Source: Massalongia carnosa (lineage: Eukaryota). From it: DNA of 64,000 bases. Every line of letters begins with the position of its first letter. Position 1 is the stretch's first letter. The translations under genes and the position numbers were made by a program. Under the pieces are notes generated by a model, which ran no database searches, was not told the DNA's origin, and worked only from the letters and a program-made list of their open reading frames with translations. Shown here piece after piece: positions 51,475 through 64,000 of this stretch. Location of the stretch: assembly GCA_965645245.1 (NCBI GenBank), contig OZ287075.1, positions 1,488,001-1,552,000 on the forward strand, in the 5' to 3' direction.

Positions 51475-54400
51475 TCAGCCGCCCTCGTCGCGCTTCCCGT
51501 CTCCTGCGGCATGCGAAGGCTTGACGCCGAAGGAAATCTCGATTTTCTTGCCTCCGCCGCCACCGCCGCCCATGCCCGTGGGAGAGGAGTCCTTCCCCGC
51601 GGCACCTATGGCGAAGCCCTTTTTTCGGCGCAGGAGGGTGTGACCGGCGAGAGAAGTCGCGCCGACGGAGGAGCTCCGGCGTTTCGTCACCGAAAGCTTG
51701 CCCAGCTCGTCCTCCTCGTCGTCCTCCTCCCTGCGGCGCTTTTCCGAGAGGCGCTCGGGGGGCGTTGCTACGAGAGGGGTAGACGGGCCGGAGGTGGAGG
51801 TCGATGGGGTTGGGGAGGCGGGAGCGGGGGAGCTAGAGCTGGAGGAGGCGTCTTGGTTGCGAGGGTCGGGTTTGTGGGAGGATGGTTGGGGGGTGGATGG
51901 GCCAGAGAGCGGAGCGGGTTTATTAGTGTCCATAGCGTCTTCGTCGTCGTCGGGGTAGTCGACAAGGGATTTAAGGAGTGAGGATGGCGGGGAAGCACCG
52001 TTCTGCAGGGGCTTTTTCCTCGAGGTCACTTCGTCTTCCTCATCTGAGGTGTTGAAGTAGGCTTCTTCCGCGGCATCCATTTCCTTGACGCCTTGCCATC
52101 GGGTGTTGTTGCCGTTAACCTTAGAGTGGCGGTTGGGCGTGGAGCCACCGTCATTGCTGAACAGGGTTGTGTCCATTTCGGGATTGAAGTCTTGCATTTG
52201 ATCGTAGCGCAGGATGAGAGCTTGAAAGGTGTCCACGTAGGTGATGGGTTGGAGCCTTTCTCGGTAATTTTCGACAAGATGGAGGATGATGGGCTTGATG
52301 TTTTCCCGTTTGATAAACTCGAAGAATTCTAGGCAAGCCGAGTTTAAGAGGTTATCCCGTGGCATCGTGTCGTATACAATTTGCAGTATCGGTGCGAAGT
52401 AATGATGTTGGGTCATTTGTCGATTGTAAAAGTCATCTTGCAGGCCAATGCAACACCGAAAGAATTTTAACGCACCTAAGGAAGCATTTAGCAAATCGCC
52501 CATTCAGCTTTAGCCACGAACTTACTCAATTTCAGATGTTTTTGTGGGCAGGACAGTAGCTGTGCTATTCGTGCAGCAAGGCCTTCGGAGAAGATGAAAT
52601 ATTTACTCCTAAATAAATGTTGACGAATCAAGAAGTGGAGAATTTCGATTAGGTGATGGAAGAGCGAGACTTCTTGTAGAGTAAGGTCGTGTACTACGAG
52701 CAACTCATCAGCATACATACGAAAGCCAAGATGCACACTGGCTTGAAACATACAAGACTTCTTGCCCTCTAAATCTTTCAAAGGTTGAAAGAGTCTGTTT
52801 GCGGATCCATCGTAAAAGCTTTGAATGAAATTCTCCGTGGTCGCCGACGCTGGAGCTGTACTTCGTAACTTTGACATGAATTCGCCGTTTGCCTTGGCCA
52901 CATTGTCTGGAGGCGCTTGGTTTGTTTGCGGTTCTAGTAGAACCTTGATGGCGTCGGCAGCTTGCGCTTTGACACCTAAATCCACTTCAACGAGCAGTAG
53001 CTCAATCAAGGTCTCGGTCAAAGGCGTCTTGTTCTCCCCAATGGCCTTGAAAATGTATGATCGCACCATTCCCGGATCATGATCTATCATGGCGACAAGT
53101 ATGTCTGTACCGGCTACTCGAATCGAAGGATCTCCGTCCAGTAAAGCAAACGTTACCACATGCAGAAGCCCATTTTGGATAAAATTTGAATATAAAATTG
53201 CCCGTGCAGGAGCCTGCAAGTTCTTCGCTATTGCGCAGCATTGCTGGATGAAACCAATTGCATCCTTCTTCCGCTTCAACGCTGTATCCGAGGAATCAAT
53301 TATACCGAAGAGTTCTTCAAGGAATGCTGGATTGCCTTGGATATATGTTACGATGTCGACTTGGTTGAAGAAGATTAAAGAGTTGAGCACGGAAAAGGTA
53401 GGATCGTCAAGGATTCTCGCTAGTATAACGTCTTTGAGATATTGCAGTCGCCAAGTGGCGTGAATCTTTCTCCTGATATTGACATCTGCAATCGGAACGA
53501 CTTCTTTGTACCGAGACGCATCGCGAAGGTATCGGCGATGGTTCGCCTTCTGGGTGGGGAACTCCGGATCAACTATGGGCGCGTGGCGTTCAGTGAATAT
53601 TCCGTCATCCGTTTGTCCATCTACTCACATTCCAAAGCCCCCACTACTCCGTCGACCAGGCCATCGCTCACCACTTGTTCAATGATCTGAGTATCGTTTA
53701 ACAGAATGAGCATCTTCATGATGTTGCACAAGTGGTGCAAGTCCTCTATAGATTCAAAATCTTCAGCCATGCTGACCAAAGGTATTAACTTTCGAATATA
53801 ATCCTCGCCGATAATGAATTTTGACAGCGCATCCCGCCCCTGTGGATTCGACACCGCCCCCCGCATGGTGTGCTCGATATCATCCAAGTACCTCAATTCC
53901 GGAGCAGGTAATACTAAAGGGTTAGCAAAGCTCTCCGTGGCGTCATCGGAGAGGGAATCATCTGTGGGCATAACGGTAAATAAGTAGGGGTTCAATTAGA
54001 GCATTGTTGAGAGTGGTGCTGCATGCGCAATGAATAGAAGCAGTCAGGCTGACTTACCCGGCCCTCCCAGCGTCAACAGATGTTGTTGTACCTGACTGAC
54101 AAAGTCCCTATAACAAAATGTGTTAGTCCAGATCCGTTGTATCTAGGGCTCATCTATTGAGCGCTACTAACCATATCAAGGCGCAGCCTTCTGCTTCCTG
54201 AAAACTGAGAGCCATGTCTGTTCCGGTTGCCTCCGTCCATACAATCAACGTATCTGTGATTGCCAATGAGCGTGCGCCTTGACCCTTTGACGTAACCCAT
54301 TTATCACCTTGCTGTTTCTGATAACGATCATCTTTCGAGATCTTTGTCTCCAAAAGCGTACGGTCTGGCTGATCCTCAGATTCGACACACACCTTCGATT

Positions 54401-54628
54401 CATCCTACCAAACGCCATCAGTCTCTTAGCACCCAGGCGTAAGCAGTTAGGGGAAGCTTCGTTTTGCAGACAATCCGCGACCGTCGCGAGTTAATGTCCG
54501 ATGGATTTCCTTACGTTGATAACTCTCCCTGTGCAAAATCCAGTCCCGCGATCAAACCAGTCGTTGTTCCTAAGCTCATAAACCTTCACCCTCTTCTTAT
54601 CATTTGATGGCGGCACCACCAATGCCAT
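51475..54628 (-). CDS. PSY2: Protein phosphatase 4 regulatory subunit 3 (Psy2/SMEK), multi-exon
   Basis: EVH1-like N-terminus [74 protein letters not shown]. Confidence 0.92.
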
Positions 54629-57600
54629 ATCCACCCTATCCACCCGACCCTCGCACCGGCCACAAGCCAACAGCCGTTATAATCGACGCGCACAGAGGAT
54701 GATGACTCGCGGTTAAGGAGGAGCGCGGATGGTACAGTCAAGCTCGCTAGCGTTCTGCAGATATTTCCCAAAAAGGCCACGCGGTAAGCGTGTCGTCATA
54801 AGTGAGGCTGGGCAGCAGGATGGGGCGACAAGTGAGAGACAGGCCGATGTACTCTGTAGTGATGGTTAGAACGCTGTGGCGCTAAGCTGTAGGGGTTTTT
54901 GACGCTGAGCTCCTCGGAACAAACGGTGTTGATAGTGGTTGATTTCCCGGGTACGGAGTACAAAGTACTCGTACTCTGTTCGTTGCGCGTTGCGCTTGAG
55001 GCGTCAGGGGTGGATGTTGGGAAGGGATCCCGGGCAGAGTGAGGCAGGGAGATCGGACAATTTGGTTCCGGGAGATGTATGTAACTACCTATGTACTTGC
55101 TTATTCGGTGGGCAGGTTTGGCGTGATGTCACTGGCGCCGAAGGATACGGTCCCAATGCGATTAGAGGAGATACACATGCCCCGAATAGAATGCCATGGT
55201 CGGTTCGGGAGACGCTGTAAGATGGGTTGACCGGAACATGCGAGTAGCGAGAGGATGATGTTTTGATCGGCAGAGAGTTGCGAGTAGAGTATGTACTCTG
55301 TACATGATCCACCCACTTAACTACTGTGTACTCCGTAACTTACTCTAGAATCAATCACTGCCCATACAACTGCCCCCAATGAAATAACATATCAACTGGC
55401 TGGTCGGAGATGGGTAGTTACAGATAGTTACCGACCACAGGACTCTGTACCAGCACGCAATTCATCTGCCATTATACCCCCACAAAAGTACAACCCATGG
55501 AAGAACTACGAAGGGACAGCTGTAAGAGTCCCACACCAACCATCATCGCGATGGGCATCACCACGCAGAGATACGAGGAGAACTAGCCAGCAACAAATCG
55601 GAAAGTCAGCGGTTTCCTTCTTTCGGACTTGCTCTATCAACTCGACGAGTTTCTACAGCCTGTACTTACTATCGATATTGAACTGAAGCAGTAATTATAC
55701 ATATACTGTGATATCACGTCTGGTTTTTCGATAACCCCCAATGAATTCCTGCAGCTGCATACGTTCTTCGCACCACTCTCCTCTCATTGTGAATCCTCTG
55801 TCTTCGCTCTGGTTGGGGAAAACGGGCATGAATAATCTTTTACTATTTCTTGATCTGATATTCATCGAATCCAGCGTTTGCTATTATTAGCTAAGGAGTT
55901 CCCCGATTGCGAAGCGTCTAAATCTGAAATCGAACTCTAACCTGGTTGGAAATATCTGAATTGAATCGTCTCCTGCAGGGGTCATCGGAATACGCCTTAT
56001 CGTACATTTCGAGGGTCATCCCTAGGATGTTTATGGGATGTGATGAAAAAAGCTGGACTTCGCTAGAATTCTGCCCGCTTGGGTAGTTCCTGGTATATCC
56101 CTAGTAACAGATCCGACCCATCTAGTTAGATCTAAAACATATCATCTAGCGAGTGTTTACCAAACGATTATCGCCATCTATTTAAAAAGCTAAGAAGAAG
56201 CAGGAGGATAGAATTTGATTTCAGGGGTGTCGTTAAAAATTCTTTGGAGTGTAAAGGGGGAGAGCACATTGTTACCACCTCAACAGTCGTCGGGTTTCCC
56301 TTGTATACCGACTTGGTATGGGATGTGGAAGAAGTAAAACTCGTAAGCGAGCAACGCAGGGATACCTAAATATGGGACTGCGTGTCGACAGGGCTGCCGA
56401 AGGTTGGGATGTTAAGTCATTTCACGCATTCGTAAGCGTACGATGGGCGATGTTGAGCTGACGCCTGAAATGGATGACGGTGGACAATCTAATAGCTGAC
56501 CTTTAGTGGAAGGTGGAAAGATTTGGCTGAATTGAGACACAGTCACACCATTTGGGCAAAGGAGGCACAGTTACAGAGTCGTTCAGTTAGCCGAGTCCTT
56601 AAACAATGGCGCCACAGCCCTAAAGTCAAGGCCCACATTAAATCGTGCTACCCGAATTGTCCCTTGCATAATAAGTAAGTAATACGAATACAGAAGTACG
56701 CATCTTGGGATTCGGTCGAGGTCGAGCGAAAGTCCGAAGCCTCCACAATGGTTTACTTTGCTCTTACTCATCCCAGAGTACGCAGCGAATGCTCTAAGCT
56801 ACCCACCACGCTTGCTGCGCCCATTTTCTTGCGTGCAGCATGGGAACCATCCACACGCCAAGGAATGGGGCATTTCTCAGTAGCGTACAAAGTACGGAGG
56901 ACAGAGCACGTCACTAAGACCACGAGTGAAGCGTATTCTCGCCCGCCACCCCTTCCGAGGAGCTATGTCCTGTTTGCCTCAAAGCGAACCCGGAAAATCA
57001 TAGAATCAAATGAAACACATCGGCAAGCTATGCCAAATCTAGTGGTCATCCATGATGCCGGGTATCCCAAAAGACCCCTGGGAGGAAATGTTCCTGATGA
57101 ACACCCGGGGTTAAACTCACGATGATTGGAAGGTTTGCCCGCACACACCCGAATGCGATGCTGCATCATGCTGGCGCCTCATCGACTCAAGTTACCTATC
57201 GTGACGGTCTTCCTGGGACAGGCAGGATCCCTGGACAGCCCAGTTGACGATAGAGAAGTGGGTTGCTGCGGCGCAAATCATAGAGATAAGGTAGTGCGAG
57301 TCAGTCATTGCTCTCTCTTCGTCCTATTTCATATCCTATAACTAGTTATCCTTTCAGACTTCAGTGGCTTCGACCCTGCTCTCCCGCTATTGTTCACCAA
57401 ACAAAGTATCCTCGAACACACTCCCATTTATACCACGGTCGAGGGCTCTTGGATTGCGTGGACAGAATTCATTCGCATAACGCCGTCTGAGGTACGCTAA
57501 GAATACGAGGAGCCAGATTGATCCAAGGACTGACCGAGGACCATTAGTTAAGCGCTCATATATTCAAAAATCCTTTTAACCATCATTCCTTTTGGAAAGC

Positions 57601-57650
57601 AGAATTCCCATTCCTGCATTTGTTCTTTGACCTGAGATACGAATACAACG

Positions 57651-58457
57651 ATGTCCATCTTTTCTAAAATCAAGGGTGCTAAGAAAGCTGCCAATAAGCA
57701 CAAGGAGGAAAAAGCCCGGCAGAGTCCTACGATGGTCAGAGACGCTCCGGCTCCCTATCGACACATCCCAACTCATGCTGCGGTTGATGCACTATCGGGT
57801 GCTCCCTCAAGCTGGAAAGAAGAAGATCGTTCCGCTATCAAAGCCCAGCATAAGAGACGGAGCATGATGACCAGGGCTGAAAGTGGCATGTCCACCTACC
57901 ACGGGAATGCCAGCTACAACAATAGTAGCTATAACAATAGCACATATTATGGATCCGATCTGAGACTAGTCCCAGCGATGCCTTCCAAGGCAGAAATGAG
58001 AAGGTCATACGCGAGCAGCTCTGCTCGTCACATCAGTCCCCTCGTAACCAAAAGTACGTGTGTGGTTGATGGAAGATCCCCTATCCTCTTGTCTGCTAAT
58101 GCTCTTCACAGGAGGGTCTCCCGCCGCATCAGAAACCAACTCAACGTCATCTTCCACATCCCGTAAGCCTTCATTCCCCTCGTTTTGCCACCCGCCAAGC
58201 TTTTCTTAAATGCTGAGTATCCCATAGAGTTCATTGAGATACCATATGCCGGCAATAAAGCACTAGAAGTGAATATTCTTGACCTCCCACCAAAGAGTAT
58301 TAATCGAAAAATCGGTGATGTCGCCATCCTGACCCATCCACACTCAGTTCAGGCGGAGCAGGAGTTGAGGTTGCTCGTCCCTTCACTGGACATGAACAAG
58401 CGTGCCTGGGGTTTTGACAAAGGGGACGATGGTCCAGTGGCTATTATCGCTCACTGA
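57651..58457 (+). CDS. Hypothetical fungal protein (basic N-terminus, Ser-rich), 3 exons
   Basis: MSIFSKIKGAKKAA..PYRHIPTHAAVDALSGAP. GT-AG introns at 58054-58111 and ~58163-58228 join in frame to ..PVAIIAH*. A probable 5'UTR intron lies at ~57492-57547. Confidence 0.7.
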
Positions 58458-58859
58458 AGTGGTGTCCTACCAGCGTCGTTCTTTTTGCGTCTTCATGCGT
58501 TTCCTCTGTCAAAACAGACCCGAGCTGCATAGGAATGCAGATATCCTGGTTTTCTTTATTAAAGTACTTGGAACATGCTCGTGGGATATGATGTGTACAT
58601 TTTCGGCGAGTACCACGTCGGAGGGGGTTAAGAATTCCGACTTTGTTCCGCACACATTGGTTTGGAGCGGCTATTTGTTCACCGACTGGGTATATGGCTA
58701 GAGCGAAGAATAGATTCTTTTCCCTATGTAGCATCACGACAGGCATTCATCCAGGACATTGGAGATCCTCGCAGGTGGCAGCCAGCTATAATTTCGGTAG
58801 TTAACCTATCGACCCACTTACTATACTCATACATTCCACATTACCGTGATCCACATGCA

Positions 58860-58942
58860 GCAGAATGGCAGCAGAATGCAGAATGGCAGCAGAATGCAGA
58901 ATGGCAGCAGAATGCAGAATGGCAGCAGAATGGCAGCAGAAA
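58860..58942. repeat. Minisatellite: 4 x GCAGAATGGCAGCAGAAT (18 bp) plus a partial copy
   Basis: Read directly. Confidence 0.95.
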
Positions 58943-59628
58943 TGGATCCAACCCTTTGCCGGTAGAGAGATAGATGGTACTCTGTCAAACAGCAAGAGCA
59001 ACAATTACGCATTCAGAGGTCTGGAGGGGCTGGACTGATTCGTACTCGTAAATACCGTTGTTGTTCTTCCACCGTAGTTCTTCCCTCTTTAACGCCAACC
59101 GCCAAATCTTTTCACTCTCGAGTGTAGACAACGTGCGTACCAGTGACTCAGTACACAGTATACGGTACTCTGTACAGTGTAGAGACTACACTCGACCACT
59201 CCTGCTGAGCACGCACATCCCATGCACCCATAGCGAGGCAAGCAAAATTGAAAACGCAATGCATCTCTCTTCCCCCACTGATCGGCCGCATGTTGCGAGG
59301 ATGCACTTTTCGGGTTCAAGCCGTGTCGAAGGTCCATCTTGCCGGCAACCTCTCGCCTTTCTTCGTTCTTCAGCCTATCATCCATTCACTTGATTTTCTT
59401 TCTTTTTGTGCGCGATTTAGGTTAGCGTGGGATTTCCCCTCCAAACCCTCGTGGACCCCTCCAAGCCTTCATTGAACTTTTCTCCATTCGAAGGAATTGA
59501 CAACCGAAACCCCAAGTGAGCGACTTCTGGAGTCTTTGCGCTCACTTATCACACGAAAGCTCCAATTCCCAGTTCCCAATTCCCAATTTCCAATCCCCGG
59601 TTCCCGGTCCAGATCTCTCCGGTCATAA

Positions 59629-61010
59629 ATGGATCAAACGGCTGGTAAAAGCGCCATTGAGAGAGTTTCCTCCGACGACAAGATCAATGAATTGTCCGGG
59701 AGGGCCTCGACCCCTGCGCATGCAACACCCGAGCTCGTAGGAGTCAACGGCGCGACATCGAAAGGGGGTGCAACAACGGTAGGGGAGATTGAAGTGAGCA
59801 AGAAAGGCTGGTTCGCATATTTCACGACGAGGAACTTTTATATCGTGCTTGCATTGGGGTACGGGAGCCGTTCTTGAATCATCCCATAAAGACTCTTGAC
59901 TGATCGAGCGCTCTTGCACAGCCAAGTTCTAGCTTTATGCCTTACTGCGACCAATACCTTTTCCTCGCTCCTCGTTGCGCAGGGCACTTCGATCCCGGCT
60001 TTCCAAACCTTGTCCAACTACGTGCTCCTCAACCTGATCTATACCTCCTACACCCTCTACCGCTACGGCCCCAAGAAATGGTTCAACCTGATCCGGAAGG
60101 ATGGATGGAAATGTAACTACACATCAAACCGCTTACCTCCATCGTCATCCACTCTCTTCCTTCTCTCCCAGTCTACACTCCGCTAACTCCCTACCCCTCC
60201 TCGGAAACAACAGACATCATTTTCTCATTCTTTGACGTTGAAGGGAATTACTTCAGCGTCCTTGCCTACCGCTACACCACGATCCTCTCGGCGCAACTCA
60301 TCAATTTCTGGGCCATCGTTCTCGTCGTCGTCCTCTCCTTTAGCTTCCTGCATGTGCGCTACCATCCCTCCCAAATCGTTGGCATCCTCATCTGCGTCGG
60401 GGGGATGGGCATCCTGCTCGCGAGTGACCACGTCACGGGCGCAACCAACTTCGGCCCTATCTCGCGCGGGAACCAGCTCAAAGGCGACCTCTTCGCCCTC
60501 GTCGGCGCCACCTTTTACGGCCTGAGTAACGTAGCCGAGGAGTTCCTGGTCTCCAAGCGTCCGCTATACGAAGTCGTCGGCCAGCTCGGCTTCTGGGGCA
60601 CCCTGATCAACGGCGCGCAGGCGGGCATCTTCGACCGCGCCTCCTTCCGCACCGCGACCTGGAATGGCCGCGTCGGCGGCTACTTGACCGGCTACACCCT
60701 CTGTCTCTCGCTCTTCTACTCCCTCGCGCCGCTCATGTTCCGGCTCGCGTCGGCCGCCTTCTTCAACATCAGCCTGCTCACGAGCAATTTCTGGGGCGTG
60801 ATTGTTGGCATCCGCATCTTCGGGCTGCACGTGCATTGGATGTATCCGATTGCGTTCGTATGCATTATTGGCGGGCTAGTGGTGTATTTCGTGGGGAAGC
60901 AGGTGCTGGGGGAGGCAATGAAGCCGTGGTTGGGCAGGAATCAGGAAGGCGGGGTGAGTGGGATTGGGACGGCGAGGAGAAGGGCGGAAAGGAGTGAGGG
61001 GATTGTTTAG
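59629..61010 (+). CDS. SLC35F-like (DUF914) drug/metabolite transporter superfamily protein, 3 exons
   Basis: LALG|QVLALCLTATNTFS, SIPAFQT..NY, DVEGNYFSVLAYRYTTILSAQL, KGDLFALVGATFYGLSNVAEE and SAAFFNISLLTSNFWG. Confidence 0.88.
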
Positions 61011-62080
61011 ATGAGGGGGCAAAGGGCAGGGGGAGGGTGAAACGACACTTGGGGGGGAGGGGGAGATTTGATGGATTTCGCCAAGAGGCCAGAGAGGAAA
61101 GCCCGGCAATTGCGTTGGAGGGCTGTCTGACGAACAACATCCTCGGACCTGATGAACGACCGACCGGATGAAGCCAACGAGGGAAAAACCGAATGACGAA
61201 CGCACCGATTCGATTTCCCCCTTTTCCACCCTTCACATAGCACTAACACGTACATACACCCCTTCATCCATCCATCTATCCAACCTCTCGTAATCGCCCC
61301 TCCCCCTCAAAACAACACGTTACTTGCTTACATCACATTAACAAATTTCTCCCAAACGGCTCATATCAGGCAGAGTCCCCCCCCTACCTCCACCCTCGCC
61401 TAAAAATTGAAAATTCCGCGTATGGAGAGAGAGAGAGAGATGGAAAGTAGAAACAGAAAACGAAACCCCGCGCGCTCGAGAATTGTTTCCGTGTCTACGT
61501 ACCTACCTACCTACGTAGTTACGGAGTAGAGCACGTACTCTAGTTACCAAACGCCAACAGCCACAGCCAAAACCCAAATATCCTAGAACGCCAACAACAA
61601 ACCTACCAGTTGTCGCCACGGGAGAAATCATGCACAAACAGACGATCGGACGATTGGATGAATGAATGAATGAAATCGATAACGCCCCCCCGGACAGGAT
61701 CAAGACGCGTTCCGTCCAGCCCTATTAGTAGGTGGGGAAAAAGAAAGTACTACCTAATTAAACTATACAGTTTGTACAAGGTGCTCTATGTGGGTAGGTA
61801 AGTTTGGTAGGTAGATAAGTATGTATGTGACATATTAGTAGTCATATTAGACATGACGACGAAATAAGAAGATAAAAGGGAAAAAAAGAAAGAAGAAAAA
61901 AAATCAGCTGCATATGCACGGTTCGCTCTGGGGTATTTTGTTTCTTCACCTGTGCTTGAGCCCATAAACCTGCCTGTACCGTGTTTGCCAGCCGTTCCAG
62001 GTAGTTATCATCACCTCCCTTCCCATATTTACCAAAATGAATAGAAACAAAAAGAAGCAAAAAGCGGGGAAGCACGGCAT

Positions 62081-63976
62081 TTACATGCCTTCATCCTCAT
62101 TTTCGGTAACGCCGCTATTCCCTCGTCGCGCAGCCGGTTGAATAGGATCCCAATGCACTAGAAACCGTGGTTAGTTACAAAATGAATAGATACAGAGCTG
62201 AGAAGGTGAGGCAACGGATATATACCGTTCGGTCGAATACCCCAGCTCAACAAGAACGCCACCCCGAACATGGAACCTAAGCAGATAAACACAATTTGCG
62301 GATACGTCCCTACCGTTAAGCTGTAGATGAGATTGAACACGGTAGGCGCCACCACTCTGGCCAGCGCGTGCAACAGCCCCATGGCGCCAAGCATCTGCCC
62401 CGTGCGATCCTGCGGCACATGTTTCGTCAGCGCGGCTGAGAGCGTTGGCGAGCCCATTCCGCCGATAGAGGCAACAACGCCGGAGAGGATGAAGAGGGGT
62501 CTGGTGCGCACGCTCGCGAAGCCGATATAGCCGAGTAGATCAAACAAGACGGAGACGCGGATAAGAGAGATATCGAACATGGTAGATCCCGACTGTTGCT
62601 GGCGGGAAGCCGTGGTGCTGCCGCGGGGAGCGCCACTGCGAAAGAGGCGGGAAATGAGAGGGAGGAGGAGTAGCAGAACGGCAACACGGCTTGTGTTGAC
62701 AACGCTGACGAAGATGCTGGTTTCGAAAGTGCCCCACCCAAAAACAAATTCCGCGTAGATAAGCATGACGGTTATGGAGCCCATAGCGACACCGAACGTG
62801 ATTGTGTCCACCGCCGCCAACAGAACCAGATTCCGGCGGACAGCTTGGGTGGAACCTTGACCCTTGGGATAGAGAATCATGAGGGGGGCGAAGACATTAG
62901 AGCCTTTAAGAATGGAGAGCCAATTGCGTGGCCATGATTGTAGCATGGATACTTCGGCTTCTTCCATCTGAGCCTTTTTCTCCCGTGCAGCTAGTTGGCG
63001 CTCCTCAGTTAGAGATTCTGGTACAACCAGTATTATGAAAAGGAGATATACGCAATGACAGGCTAAGGAAAGGTAGAAAACCGTAAGGATCTTGCCGCTA
63101 ACTTTCACGATATAGCCAGCCATCAAAGGGCCAATGGCAATACCACCAAAGAGGCAACCATGAAGCCATCCGAATACCACGTTCCTTTCCACAGGAGGAG
63201 TACAATCGCTAGCGTAAGCGTATGTCAATGCCATTGAAGCCGTAAAGGAGCCACATAGACCTTCAAACACATAGCCAACAAACAGCCATTGCACGGAGAA
63301 CATCTCCGGCATGGTGGCAGCAATAATAGTGATAATCTCTCCGGCTAGCATGCCAGAGATACTAAATGCTATCAGTCTCTTTCGGCCATAGCGATCGGAA
63401 AGCGAGCCTATTTTAGGGCTGGTGATCGCAGAAAGGAGACCTGCTATAAGATTCCCGTAAAGGGTGAATTTTGCAACCAAAGATTGGACTTCTGGTATTT
63501 GGCATTGTGGATTGTCATTGCCAAGTATGACTGGCATGAAATGAAATCTCGGCTCCTTCATAGATTGGTCGGCAAAATATTCATGACAGATTAGGGAGAG
63601 GATCAAGTTAAGCCTGGGCACGACTATACCCCCGAACGCAAGAGTGTAAAGAAAGAAGGGAGGCAACATCCAATAGACCTAATATCCCATGAAATCAGTA
63701 TGATGAACAACGATAATTAAAGCTTCGGCTTACGGATGGGGTATTCCACCAAGGCCTCTCTTTGAAGTCATCTTCTCCTTGCCATTTAAATTCTCCTCCT
63801 TCAGCAGCGACACCAGAGCTGTCGGAACGACCATCGTCCGTCTCCTGGTCTTTCAACAATAACGGAGTATATTCATATTCTGAGGTCTTTGGGATCTCAA
63901 TCCCCCCGGAAGCTGCGGTGACTATGTCATGGCCCCGCTGTAGTTGTCGGGAACGCAGCTTCGAGCTCGCAACCAT
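62081..63976 (-). CDS. MFS transporter (tetracycline-efflux/SLC46-like), 3 exons; start may lie at or beyond the window edge
   Basis: Motif A GSLSDRYGRKR, ~12 hydrophobic segments, AYASDCTPP and QDRTGQMLGAMGLLHALARVVAP. The last exon ends ..EDEGM* at 62081. Confidence 0.88.
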
Positions 63977-64000
63977 AGCGGCATCGCCTGCCAGCACTTG

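Noticed and set aside
55500..56600. Short coding-like stretches in the PSY2 upstream spacer
   Set aside because: There is no ORF of 60 aa or more and no recognisable motif, so a call cannot be supported.
58662..59012. ORFs with AEWQQN / HSAAIL / ILLPFC repeats
   Set aside because: They are by-products of the 18-bp minisatellite being open in several frames.

Overview
A gene-dense, intron-containing window from a filamentous ascomycete (Pezizomycotina; the taxon is inferred from intron signals and gene set). It holds about 12 apparently functional housekeeping genes: a CaiB/BaiF family III CoA-transferase, riboflavin synthase RIB5, MUS81, a P1B-type Cu-ATPase, a DUF3292 protein, the vacuolar subtilisin PRB1, the BEACH protein BPH1, a Rom2/Tus1-type RhoGEF, a Cid1/Cid13-type nucleotidyltransferase, PSY2/PP4R3, an SLC35F-like transporter and an MFS transporter. 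There is also one small hypothetical gene. An ~8.5 kb decayed accessory block between RIB5 and MUS81 contains kinase and TPR remnants and a complete but inactivated pogo/Fot1-type transposon with ~71-bp TIRs and a TA duplication. Four observations stand out. (1) The Cu-ATPase has a pseudogenised N-terminal metal-binding extension (one frameshift, four stops) in front of an intact ~1100-codon frame. (2) A dead ferric/cupric reductase lies next to it. (3) GC-rich islands at gene 3' ends all flip from C-rich to G-rich on the + strand regardless of gene orientation. (4) A recurrent intergenic motif, TAC(G/A)GAGTA, occurs on both strands. I found no tRNA, rRNA, CRISPR array or Starship captain, and no clearly novel multi-gene system. 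All family calls are by motif recognition without database searches, and exon boundaries were read by eye.
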